From positions 2,119-66,118 of the forward strand of contig JAFGHF010000063.1 of NCBI GenBank assembly GCA_016939375.1: 64,000 nt of DNA, given 5' to 3'. How positions within the stretch are numbered: the first letter of the stretch is position 1; each line of letters starts with the position of its first letter. Below, piece after piece: positions 26,898 through 35,876 of this stretch. Made by a program: the position numbers and the translations under genes. The DNA comes from Candidatus Omnitrophota bacterium. Lineage in GTDB: Bacteria; Omnitrophota; Gorgyraeia; JAFGHF01. Under the pieces are notes generated by a model. The model worked only from the letters and a program-made list of their open reading frames with translations, had not been told where the DNA came from and did no database searches.

Positions 26898-27697
26898 TTT
26901 AACTCTATCCTGCTTTTTAGGGCGGCTATTCGGTCTTGCAGCTCTTTCATCCTGAACTCTCTATTTATCGTCGCCTCACGGAACCTCTCCAGCTCATCCA
27001 GCTTTTCTTTAAGTTCGCGGGTGCGTTCTTCTACTTTTTTCTCCAACTCCTGGTTTAGTTTTCTGATAGTGTCCTGGGCCCTTCTGCTTTCGGTATTGTC
27101 AATCATGGAAAATATCAATCCCTGCTCCAAGTTATCTTTATTAATCGCCCTTAATATCACCAGCGTGGGCACGCGGTGGCCATCCATGTGTACGTAATCG
27201 TATTCATAACTGACACGGTCGAGCCTTACTATATTTTGATAGATGAGTTCCTGATTGACTCGCCGATACTCCTCTTCGCTTGGGTAGATAAAAGCCAGGG
27301 AAGGTTCGCTCATCCACCTCTCTACCGGCCAACCTAAGATATCCTCGGCGGCCTTGCTTATCCAGATGACTTTATCATTTTTGACGAAAAAAATGGCAGC
27401 CGGTGAATCTCCTAATATCGCCGACAAAAGCTTGCGCGAGCTATCCATCTTCTCCATTTTTTCGATTGTCTGGCGGTATTGCGAATCCGCGGTATTGAGC
27501 ATAAACAAAAGCGCTATCGTGGCCAATCCTATACCTACCAACTGAATAAATACTTCTACCCAGCTAAGTGAACCGGCAGGCATCTTGAAAAGCAGGTGTG
27601 GTATATCGAATAACTTGGCCAGTAGCGCCAAAAGTATCAATAGGGCAAACATCACCCCAGCGATCAGCTGTGGACGAAAACCACCATTATTCTCCAT
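26894..27697 (-). CDS. Membrane-anchored PAS domain protein with a C-terminal coiled-coil (no kinase domain)
   Basis: Two N-terminal TM helices, a PAS-like segment and a C-terminal LERFREATINREFRMKELQDRIA coiled-coil. Confidence 0.55.
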   Translation of the reverse strand: MENNGGFRPQLIAGVMFALLILLALLAKLFDIPHLLFKMPAGSLSWVEVFIQLVGIGLATIALLFMLNTADSQYRQTIEKMEKMDSSRKLLSAILGDSPAAIFFVKNDKVIWISKAAEDILGWPVERWMSEPSLAFIYPSEEEYRRVNQELIYQNIVRLDRVSYEYDYVHMDGHRVPTLVILRAINKDNLEQGLIFSMIDNTESRRAQDTIRKLNQELEKKVEERTRELKEKLDELERFREATINREFRMKELQDRIAALKSRIELK

Positions 27698-27702
27698 GGG
27701 CC

Positions 27703-28071
27703 CTATTCCCCTAATAACTGTTTTATCTTACCAAAAAGCTCCTCTGGCTCAAAAGGTTTAGCTATATAGGCATCCGCACCAACCTCATCTCCCAGCTTTC
27801 TGTCTTCTTCCTGGGCCTTGGCCGAGAAAAGTATGATCGGAATATCTTTGTATCTTGAGTCTTTTTTAAGCAAAGCGCAGACTTTATACCCGTCCATTTT
27901 AGGAAGCATCAGATCCAATATTATCAAGTCGGGATTTTCATTCCGCGCTTTATCTAATGCGGCCTGGCCGTCATTGGCAGAAATGACTTCATAGCCTGCC
28001 GCTTCGAACCTCATCGTCATCATCTCTACCAGCTGAGCCTCATCGTCAACAAGTAAGATCTTTTTGCTCAT
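27703..28071 (-). CDS. Single-domain response regulator
   Basis: 122 aa receiver; paralog of R2. Confidence 0.9.
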   Translation of the reverse strand: MSKKILLVDDEAQLVEMMTMRFEAAGYEVISANDGQAALDKARNENPDLIILDLMLPKMDGYKVCALLKKDSRYKDIPIILFSAKAQEEDRKLGDEVGADAYIAKPFEPEELFGKIKQLLGE

Positions 28072-28080
28072 CTGCTCCTC

Positions 28081-30390
28081 TCATTTCAGTTTATCCATTA
28101 TTTCGCTGATATTCTTCACTTCATCCGGATAAGTCAGGTAATCGAAATGTAACTCCACTTTTTTGGCCAATCTCTGTAACGCAAGATAGTCATCTAAGTT
28201 CTGTTTTAATCTTGCTCCTACCCTAAAGACGTTCTCTCTGTCGCACTCGGTTAATACGACAACGACCCCGCCAAAGACCTTTAGGGCCATATCTCCTTCG
28301 CGGCGTAAAGTGCTCTTTAATACCTCTTCCATTATGGTCAACAGGGACTCGATTTCCGCGTCGGAAAAGTTCTTCTTTAGTTTCTCTAGATTGCCTATAG
28401 CCACTGTTATCAAAGAAAGTTTTGTATCTTTTTCCTGGGCCTCCTGGACCACATTATTGATGTATTCCTCAAAAAACCTCATGGTAGTATATTTAGGCAA
28501 GGTAAAGATAAATTTCGTGCCTCTTTCAAACTTATCATGCCTTCTGGCATAGGGACTTTCGGCCCAGATGTCCCCGCCGTGCATATGCACGATCTCCCGG
28601 GCGATGGAAAGCCCCAGGCCCGTGCCCTTCTCGCCTCCTCCGGCAACCCGGCCGAACTGCGAGAATTTATCAAACAATTTAGGCAGGTCTTCTTCAGCAA
28701 CCCCTACTCCCGTATCCGCCACCGAACATTCAATATCGTCCTTTTTCTCGTTCAAGCTGACTTTGATATAACCGCTTTCAGTAAATTTAATCGCGTTATA
28801 GATCAAGTTGGTAAATATCTGGGTCACTCTATCCGAATCAGCGTATATATCGATCCTTTTTTGCGGTAGGACTACCTTAAGCTGCAGACCCCTTTCTTCG
28901 ACTTTTGGCTGCAAGGTAGTAACGACCTGTTGCACGATGCTCTTGATATTGACCAGTTCTCTTTTAAGCGTGATCTTTCCCGATTCGATCTTTGATATAT
29001 CAAGCAGGTTATTGATTATCCTGGCCAATCTATCGATGTTGTTCCTGGCGGTATTGAGGATCTTGCCCTGTTTTTCGTTTATCTCACCCGGTATCTCGTC
29101 CAATATAAGACTAATACCCTCTTTAGTGATTGAAAGGGGTGTACGCAACTCATGCGACACCGTGGAAATGAACTCAGATTTCAAGCGGTCCAGTTCCTGT
29201 AACCTCTTATTGTTCTGCTCCAATTCTTTATAGAGTAGTTTAATGGCTTGGTTGGTCTTATTCAGACCCCAGGTCTGTATCTCTAGGTCATCCTTTATCT
29301 TTCTTAAAATCTCTTCCGCTTTTTTGCGCTCGGTAATATCTACATTCACCTCAGCCACCAGCCATCTGCCGTTTTCGTCCTGGAAAGGCGTAGTGGTGAC
29401 CTGTATGGGCCTGTTTCCTTCTTTAGGCATAGTCTCTTCTGTGACTACGGTCTTTTTTGTCTTCAAGGCCTGGGGGATACCACAGTTAGGACACATCGTA
29501 TCCCGGTCGGCGAAGTATTGATAACATTTCTTTCCTTTAGGGTCTCCGTATAACTTCTGCCATGCCGGGTCGACATATACAATATTAAAATCTGAATCGA
29601 TAATATCGATGTTTGTCTTGGTGGCGCCCAGGATATACTCGATCTGCTGCTTCAATCTTAAGAGTTCTTCCTGAGTCTCTTTTCTGCCCGTAATGTCCTC
29701 GACGATCATCAAGACCTTTTTTTCTCCGGCCTCTTTTAAAGGTACGCCGATAAAATTCCTCACCGTGGTCTTGTTACTGAAATAAGGGGTATATGTGATA
29801 TTATCCATCTGGAAGTCTCTGCCTTCCAATGCCGCCTTTATCTTTTGGGAAAGGCCGATCGTTTTATAAGTAGGCAGGGTAAAGACATTGAGCGACTTGA
29901 ACTTCTTATATGTATCGCCGGATATTTGTATCATTGCCGGATTTACGTAATCGATAGTTCCCCTGCTATTCACCACATAAATGCCAAACGGCGCTTTTTC
30001 AATAATACTGCGGGTCGTCTTGTAGGCCTGGGCGATGTCTCTCTCCGCCCTCTTAGGCCTTTCTAATAATAAACGGATGGTTTTTGCACTGGGGCCACCG
30101 ACCAACTCGACACCTTGCGGCTTCTCTCTCAGCAGCCTCTGATAATTTTGATGATTACCGCTGAGATCTACTATCTCGTTTAGGCCTTTCAATCTGATAA
30201 ATTTTTTCCAGTCTTTGGCCGTCGGTATGCCTAACCTCCTGGCCAATTTTATGCCCGGCGCTTTAGGGTTTTTATCCACAATCCCTATTATATTTACGGG
30301 CGGAGAATCCTTGTTTACCATCTCCAGAAGTGCGCTTGCACATTCTCCCGCGCCAACTATAAGTATATTTGTCTTTTTTTTAGCTGCCAT
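28081..30390 (-). CDS. Multidomain sensor histidine kinase (N-terminal Rossmann-like domain, 2 PAS, HisKA, HATPase, C-terminal degenerate GGDEF-like)
   Basis: ILIVGAGECASALLEMV...IIGIVDKNP (Rex/CoA-binding-like), PAS segments (one carrying C-x2-C...CPNC), HisKA FISTVSHELRTPL, HATPase, and a C-terminal ~130 aa with ...ALKVFGGVVVVL. Confidence 0.8.
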   Translation of the reverse strand: MAAKKKTNILIVGAGECASALLEMVNKDSPPVNIIGIVDKNPKAPGIKLARRLGIPTAKDWKKFIRLKGLNEIVDLSGNHQNYQRLLREKPQGVELVGGPSAKTIRLLLERPKRAERDIAQAYKTTRSIIEKAPFGIYVVNSRGTIDYVNPAMIQISGDTYKKFKSLNVFTLPTYKTIGLSQKIKAALEGRDFQMDNITYTPYFSNKTTVRNFIGVPLKEAGEKKVLMIVEDITGRKETQEELLRLKQQIEYILGATKTNIDIIDSDFNIVYVDPAWQKLYGDPKGKKCYQYFADRDTMCPNCGIPQALKTKKTVVTEETMPKEGNRPIQVTTTPFQDENGRWLVAEVNVDITERKKAEEILRKIKDDLEIQTWGLNKTNQAIKLLYKELEQNNKRLQELDRLKSEFISTVSHELRTPLSITKEGISLILDEIPGEINEKQGKILNTARNNIDRLARIINNLLDISKIESGKITLKRELVNIKSIVQQVVTTLQPKVEERGLQLKVVLPQKRIDIYADSDRVTQIFTNLIYNAIKFTESGYIKVSLNEKKDDIECSVADTGVGVAEEDLPKLFDKFSQFGRVAGGGEKGTGLGLSIAREIVHMHGGDIWAESPYARRHDKFERGTKFIFTLPKYTTMRFFEEYINNVVQEAQEKDTKLSLITVAIGNLEKLKKNFSDAEIESLLTIMEEVLKSTLRREGDMALKVFGGVVVVLTECDRENVFRVGARLKQNLDDYLALQRLAKKVELHFDYLTYPDEVKNISEIMDKLK

Positions 30391-30408
30391 TTCTTATGCC
30401 TATAAGTT

Positions 30409-30774
30409 TTAGAGGAGTTTTTTGGCTGCTTCCAAAAGCGGAGTATGGTCGCTGGTCTTGACGCAATAATCGTCAGCGCCGGCCTTTCTGGCCTCTACCG
30501 CGTCTATGGCATCGACGTTACCGGTCATGATGATTATTTTAGGCTTATCCGGCCCCGAGGCCTCTCTGATCCTGCGGCAGGCCTCAAAACCGCTTATACC
30601 CGGAAGCAGAGTATCCAAAACGATTATATCCGGTTTTTCGCAAGCCGCTTTTTCCACACCCAGCTCACCGGTCTCAGCTATAATTATGTCCTCAAAACCG
30701 GCTTTAGCCAAAAAGCGTTTCATAATCTTTCTGTCCTGTTCATTATCATCGATAATCAAAAGTTTTTTGCCCAT
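30409..30774 (-). CDS. Single-domain response regulator
   Basis: 121 aa receiver. Confidence 0.9.
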   Translation of the reverse strand: MGKKLLIIDDNEQDRKIMKRFLAKAGFEDIIIAETGELGVEKAACEKPDIIVLDTLLPGISGFEACRRIREASGPDKPKIIIMTGNVDAIDAVEARKAGADDYCVKTSDHTPLLEAAKKLL

Positions 30775-30777
30775 ATC

Positions 30778-31263
30778 TCACTCCTTGGGGATATCCGGAT
30801 TCGGTAATTTATTAATCATATTCCAATAAAAATTAAATCCTTCCACAACTTTTACAAAGTCGTCGTAATTAAGCGGCTTGGGGATAAAGCTGGCCGCTCC
30901 GTCTCTATAACTTCTGGCGATATCCTCTTGGTCTCTGGAGGAAGTAAGCATGACTATAGGGATATAGTTGTAGCGGATATCTTTTTTTAAGGCCTCTAAT
31001 ACCTGGAAGCCGTCCATCTTTGGCAGATTGATATCTAAAAGGATCAGATCGGGGCGAGGAAATTTCTCCTTGTCCTGGTATTTACCCTCGTGACGGATAA
31101 AATCCAACGCCTCTTCTCCGTCATTGACCACATATATATTATTTTTAATCTTCACCTTGGAAAAAGCTCTTAAGGTTATTTTTATATCTGTCTCATTATC
31201 TTCGACCAAAAGGATGTCTAAAGGTTTGCTATTTTTTTCCTCTTGGCTGAAATGCTCCTCCAT
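30778..31263 (-). CDS. Single-domain response regulator (start uncertain)
   Basis: Receiver domain LDILLVEDNETD...D...K. The start is probably the internal MEEHFSQ. The track ORF extends to 31338, overlapping the upstream kinase. Confidence 0.8.
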   Translation of the reverse strand: MEEHFSQEEKNSKPLDILLVEDNETDIKITLRAFSKVKIKNNIYVVNDGEEALDFIRHEGKYQDKEKFPRPDLILLDINLPKMDGFQVLEALKKDIRYNYIPIVMLTSSRDQEDIARSYRDGAASFIPKPLNYDDFVKVVEGFNFYWNMINKLPNPDIPKE

Positions 31264-31300
31264 AGATCTCTCCTCTTCTTTAGGACCTTTCGTGTTGTAA

Positions 31301-33346
31301 CTACAACTTACCTGTGTAGGGAGGCGGGCCACTTTCACCGTTCTGTCTATTAAGCTTATCTTTCGGCTGTTTTTGATCGATGAGGCCGTCCCGGATAAGG
31401 ACCTCCCCTGGCTTCTTCTTTTTTCTTATGTCTTTGGGTATGCGTATTTGAAAAGCGGCGCCCTTGCCTATTTCAGATTCGACCCAAATCTCTCCTTTAT
31501 GGTCGTCCACTACCCTCTTTACTATGCTTAAGCCCGCGCCTGTGCCTTCGTATTCCATATTTGTATGTAAGCGTTTAAAAATCCCGAATATCTGATTGTG
31601 GTATTTAGGGTCGATACCAATGCCGTTGTCTTTCACGTAAAATCTATGAAACCTCCCTTCATCTATATATCCTATCTCCACTCTGGGGGCTTCCTTGTTG
31701 TTCTTGGAAGAGAACTTTATGGCATTGTTAATCAGATTTAAGATCAACTCGCTCATCTTGATCCGGTCGCAGATGATATCGGGCATATCTTGCTGGATAC
31801 GCATGTCGACCTTTTTCTCTTTAATATCGAATTCGATACGTTTAATCACGGTATCTATCAGATCATTCAGATTAACGGTCTCGAAAGGATTCTTGATCCT
31901 GGAGATCCGGGAAAGCTTAAGCAGATCTTCGATGAGGTTGCTCATCCGGTTTGCCCCCTGGCGGATCTCCTTAAGATAGTCACGGCCTTCCTCGTCAAGC
32001 TTCTCTTTATAGTCCTCCTCTAAAAATCCGGTAAAAGAAGCAATCGCCCTTAATGGTGCGCGTAAGTCGTGGCTGGCGGTATAGACAAAACTATCAAGCT
32101 CTTTATTCGCCTTCTCCAGCAGCTTCTTTTGCTCCTCTATCTGGGCCTTTTGTCTTTCTACATTAGCCTTGGCCTCTACCAGGCTATCGGTCATCTTATT
32201 AAAAGACTGGGCCAGTTCTCCGATTTCGTCTTTGGCGCCGATTTTGGCCCGGGCCGAAAGGTCCCCTGAGGCTATGGTGACAGATGTATTAGTCAATTCT
32301 TTTATCGGACTGGAAACCGAACGGGCAATGACAACAGCCATAACTACCACCACAACAGCCAGTAAAAGGCTGATGATGCCTAAGGTATTTCTTAAGCGCC
32401 TGGCCGAAGCGAATATCTCACTGGTATCAATCTTTACGATTATGCCCCAGCGGAAAGAAGACAAATATCTGCGTACATTCAACACCTTCTGGCCACGATA
32501 ATCGACAAAGGCACCCAAGCCCTCTTGCCCCTTTAAGGCCTGTTCTATCTGTTGGCCCTGGGCAGAGTCACCCTTGATCTCTCTGGCAAATGCCGCATCG
32601 GGGTCAAAACGCAAAGGAGTGATAAAGACTATGCGCTGGGCCGTTTTTGCCACTATCGCCGTCTCGCCGGTCTGTCCCAAACCCGTATAATCGCTGACGA
32701 GCTCAGAAACACCTTTATTGCTCATCTGTCCGATGATTACACCTACAAGCCCAGCCCCTTTAAAGACAGGTGAGGCGATAAATACGGCCGCAGTCTTGCT
32801 CTTTGGGTCATATTCAAAATCGGATATCTCAGTAGTCAAAGAATCTTTTGCTTTAATAAAGGCCTTGGCCAGCTCTGTGGGTTCATACAACGCCATCTCA
32901 TATAGTGATTTTTTTTCCGGTTTTTTTTGGGCGGCAAAGAGGATATCGCCGTTAGGGCGGATAAGGAAAAGGTCGTCGTAGCCGAATAAATTCTGATAGT
33001 ATTCCAAAAATGGTCTGTATTTCTGCTCCACCGCCATAAATGCTGCGATATTTTCACCATTTTCGGCAAAGGCGAGGTCCAATTTTTCGAAGGCTTCGAT
33101 AATGTCTGAGGTATGGGAAAGAGTGGTGATGTCGTTTTCTTTGTCGCGCAGGAATACCTTTACCAGATTGGCTTTGTTGTCGGCAACGGCCAGCAGGCTA
33201 TTGGCCACTTCTTCCTCTAATACCTCGCGGGAGCTATTATAACTGACATATGTGGCAATAGCCAATGGCACAAGAGCAATAAATAAAAACCAGAGAATAA
33301 ATTTGGGGGTAATACGTAGGTTTTTTAAAAATTGCGATTCAAACAT
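31301..33346 (-). CDS. Membrane sensor histidine kinase (dCache-like, HAMP, HisKA, HATPase)
   Basis: 681 aa; two TM; HisKA FVYTASHDLRAPL; HATPase GTGAGLSIVKRVV. Confidence 0.88.
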   Translation of the reverse strand: MFESQFLKNLRITPKFILWFLFIALVPLAIATYVSYNSSREVLEEEVANSLLAVADNKANLVKVFLRDKENDITTLSHTSDIIEAFEKLDLAFAENGENIAAFMAVEQKYRPFLEYYQNLFGYDDLFLIRPNGDILFAAQKKPEKKSLYEMALYEPTELAKAFIKAKDSLTTEISDFEYDPKSKTAAVFIASPVFKGAGLVGVIIGQMSNKGVSELVSDYTGLGQTGETAIVAKTAQRIVFITPLRFDPDAAFAREIKGDSAQGQQIEQALKGQEGLGAFVDYRGQKVLNVRRYLSSFRWGIIVKIDTSEIFASARRLRNTLGIISLLLAVVVVVMAVVIARSVSSPIKELTNTSVTIASGDLSARAKIGAKDEIGELAQSFNKMTDSLVEAKANVERQKAQIEEQKKLLEKANKELDSFVYTASHDLRAPLRAIASFTGFLEEDYKEKLDEEGRDYLKEIRQGANRMSNLIEDLLKLSRISRIKNPFETVNLNDLIDTVIKRIEFDIKEKKVDMRIQQDMPDIICDRIKMSELILNLINNAIKFSSKNNKEAPRVEIGYIDEGRFHRFYVKDNGIGIDPKYHNQIFGIFKRLHTNMEYEGTGAGLSIVKRVVDDHKGEIWVESEIGKGAAFQIRIPKDIRKKKKPGEVLIRDGLIDQKQPKDKLNRQNGESGPPPYTGKL

Positions 33347-33382
33347 ATAGATAACTTTGGTTATAATGGTTTATAAAATAGA

Positions 33383-33766
33383 TCAATCTTGGCGATATTT
33401 ATCGATCAACCTTAAGGCGCTGGTAAGGTTTTCGACCTCCTTCTGTAAGGAGCTTGTCTTTACGATAAAACCGGAAGCGCCCAAGGCCCTGGCCTCTTTG
33501 AACCTCTGTTCGTCAGAAAAAGCGGTGATCATAAAGACCGGCAAAAGCTTATCCTTTTTCCTTATCCTCTTTAATACCTCCAACCCGCTGATGCCAGGCA
33601 TCATTATATCCAGAAGCACCGCGTCCGGCTTCTCCTCTTCTATCTTGCGTAATGCCTCTTTTCCGTTAGTGGCGGTAATTACCCGATAGTCATTGGACTC
33701 CAGCCTCATTGTCACGGTGCTTAAGAAATCAGGCTCATCGTCAACTAGAAGTATCTTTTTGCCCAC
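33383..33766 (-). CDS. Single-domain response regulator
   Basis: 127 aa receiver. Confidence 0.9.
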   Translation of the reverse strand: MGKKILLVDDEPDFLSTVTMRLESNDYRVITATNGKEALRKIEEEKPDAVLLDIMMPGISGLEVLKRIRKKDKLLPVFMITAFSDEQRFKEARALGASGFIVKTSSLQKEVENLTSALRLIDKYRQD

Positions 33767-33879
33767 CGACTATTCTCCGTATAACTCAAGTAAAAACGCG
33801 CAAAAATAAATTACATATATAGAGTTATTATAATATGTTAGGATAGATAAATCAACTTAAAATAAAGGACGGCTAAGCG

Positions 33880-34299
33880 TTAATCCCCTACAATCTTTAC
33901 TAAGACCCTTTTCCTGCGCCGGCCGTCAAATTCTCCGTAAAAAATCTGCTCCCAAGGCCCAAAATCAAGGTCGCCCTTGCTGACTGCAACTACGACTTCC
34001 CGGCCCATTATAGTCCTTTTCAGATGGGCATCTGCGTTGTCCTCACCCGTTAAATTGTGATTATATCGGCTAGTGGGCTCATGCGGCGCAAACCCTTCCA
34101 GCCATTCCTCAAAATCCTTATGCAGACCCGGCTCATCATCATTGATAAACACGCTAGCGGTAATATGCATGGCATTTACCAGACAAAGGCCCTCTTTTAT
34201 CCCGCTTTTCTTCAGACAACGCTCGACTTGGGGGGTGATATTGACGAGCTCTCTTCTTTTTTTGGTATTAAACCAAAGATGTTCGGTATAAGATTTCAC
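33880..34299 (-). CDS. YjbQ/UPF0047 family protein
   Basis: [14 protein letters not shown]...DNADAHLK...[20 protein letters not shown]. Confidence 0.8.
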   Translation of the reverse strand: MKSYTEHLWFNTKKRRELVNITPQVERCLKKSGIKEGLCLVNAMHITASVFINDDEPGLHKDFEEWLEGFAPHEPTSRYNHNLTGEDNADAHLKRTIMGREVVVAVSKGDLDFGPWEQIFYGEFDGRRRKRVLVKIVGD

Positions 34300-34362
34300 T
34301 TTTACACCTCCGAATTTTGTGTACTATTATATCATAGGGCCTCGCAAGATAGCTATTAATAT

Positions 34363-34392
34363 AACTTGGGCTTGACCTCTTTAGGCACTAGA
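34363..34392 (+). promoter_or_regulatory. Sigma-70-type promoter (TTGACC-N18-TATAAT) for the ttcA-like gene; likely leaderless
   Basis: -35 at 34363-34368 and -10 at 34387-34392. ATG codons at 34393 and 34402 give a leader of no more than a few nt. Confidence 0.5.
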
Positions 34393-35166
34393 GACTATAA
34401 TATGGAAGCTATGAAGAAATCCGTAATCGCCCGCTTAATACATAAAAAAACCGCCCGGGCCCTGCGCGACTATAGCATGATAGTAAACCGTGACAGAGTG
34501 CTGGTTGCCATTTCCGGACAGGACAGTCTGGCCCTCCTGCAGGTGCTGCAGGAAAAGGCTAATTTTCTGCCTATCAAGTATAAATTAATCGCGGCCCATG
34601 TCAATTTAAACCCAGTTAGAAATAGTATTTCTAACTGGGCAAACCACCTAAACGCAAAGGTCATAGAAAGACAGCTGAAGAAAAAAGGCATAGAATATCA
34701 TATGCTTGAGGTAGATCTGGATAAAGGCAAGAAAGAGAGGAAGACCAGCGAATGCTTCTGGTGTTCCTGGAAAAGAAGAGAGGCCCTTTTTAAGCTGGCC
34801 GATGCCTTAAAATGCAAAAAGATAGCCCTGGCCCATCATCTAGATGATATAGTGGAGACATATCTCCTGAACATCTTTTTTCAGGGAGAACTAAGCACTA
34901 TGCCTCCGAAATTAAGGATGTTCGATGGACGCTTCCATATCATCAGGCCTTTTGCCTATTTGGAAAAAAAGGTTATCAGCGAATACGCCAAGATAAGAAA
35001 CATACCCCAAATGCCCTATCAATGTCCCTTTGGCCAAACTAGCAATAGGACGGCCATGCGTAAGATTATCGGCTCATTGCAAAAGAAGAGACCCAAAGTA
35101 AAAGAGAACATCTTCAAAAGCATGAGCAATATCAACAGGCTCTATCTTCCCAAGAAAGATAATTAG
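34393..35166 (+). CDS. PP-loop ATPase, TtcA-like tRNA 2-thiocytidine synthetase family
   Basis: SGQDS PP-loop variant (VLVAISGQDSLALL) and CxxC (CFWCSWKRR). The start is 34393 or 34402. The track start 34366 lies inside the promoter. Confidence 0.65.
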   Translation, partial: DYNMEAMKKSVIARLIHKKTARALRDYSMIVNRDRVLVAISGQDSLALLQVLQEKANFLPIKYKLIAAHVNLNPVRNSISNWANHLNAKVIERQLKKKGIEYHMLEVDLDKGKKERKTSECFWCSWKRREALFKLADALKCKKIALAHHLDDIVETYLLNIFFQGELSTMPPKLRMFDGRFHIIRPFAYLEKKVISEYAKIRNIPQMPYQCPFGQTSNRTAMRKIIGSLQKKRPKVKENIFKSMSNINRLYLPKKDN

Positions 35167-35178
35167 GAATACTTCTTT

Positions 35179-35538
35179 CTATCGTATAAGAAACCTGTTT
35201 TCCGCTTTTTTGGCTTTGAAAAACTGGAGAGTGAACTTTTTGGCCAGTTTGTGGTCAAACTTACGGCAGGAAAAAATATTTATATAGGCCCGGCCCCAGA
35301 GGTCTGAAAAATGGCCGGTTATAGAACTGGTCTCTATCAACTGCACAAGGGAAAAACCTTTAGTAAAAGCCGCGTTCTCGCCAAAATACGGCAGTAGCGT
35401 CTTGCCATATTTCTCCATATTGATCAACTTACAAAGTCTATCCACGTACTCTTGCAGTTTCTTGCGCGAAGTAAGCACCCCTTTGTCGCACCCATCAAGG
35501 TCCAAAATCAACTCATAACCATAAATCTTTTTCTTCAT
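35179..35538 (-). CDS. Divergent S-adenosylmethionine decarboxylase-like (SpeH/SpeD class 1) paralog
   Basis: YGYELILDLDGCD and LVQLIETSSITGHF align to SpeH, but the canonical ES|H..HTWPE processing/catalytic motif is replaced by TSSITGHFSD. Confidence 0.6.
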   Translation of the reverse strand: MKKKIYGYELILDLDGCDKGVLTSRKKLQEYVDRLCKLINMEKYGKTLLPYFGENAAFTKGFSLVQLIETSSITGHFSDLWGRAYINIFSCRKFDHKLAKKFTLQFFKAKKAENRFLIR

Positions 35539-35539
35539 T

Positions 35540-35767
35540 TTATGATACTCCTTTTAAACAATCGGGGAGCTTTACGCTGGCTGGCTTTATGCAGACATCC
35601 CCAACTCTTTTAAACGGTACATTATCATAATAAATCTTTTTATTGATTGTTTCTGGCAGGAGAGAGAATAACGGGCTACTCCGGAATTTGACCTTAGAAT
35701 GCGTTCCGGTTAATCGGGCATGATTTCTGACGCTGGAGTACTTCTTGTTCATTCCCACCCCCTCCAT
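35540..35767 (-). CDS. Hypothetical small protein (75 aa); may be non-coding leader instead
   Basis: The ORF is only in the track. No recognisable motif. It lies in a ~340-nt upstream region of the AdoMetDC-like gene. Confidence 0.2.
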   Translation of the reverse strand: MEGVGMNKKYSSVRNHARLTGTHSKVKFRSSPLFSLLPETINKKIYYDNVPFKRVGDVCIKPASVKLPDCLKGVS

Positions 35768-35876
35768 AATACTTTTTCGAGTTCCTATTTAGAAATTCAA
35801 CTTCTCGATTATATATTAAGACAAATTTTACGATTACGCAAGAAATTTTTTAAGATTTTTTTTGAAGTTCGGGTTT

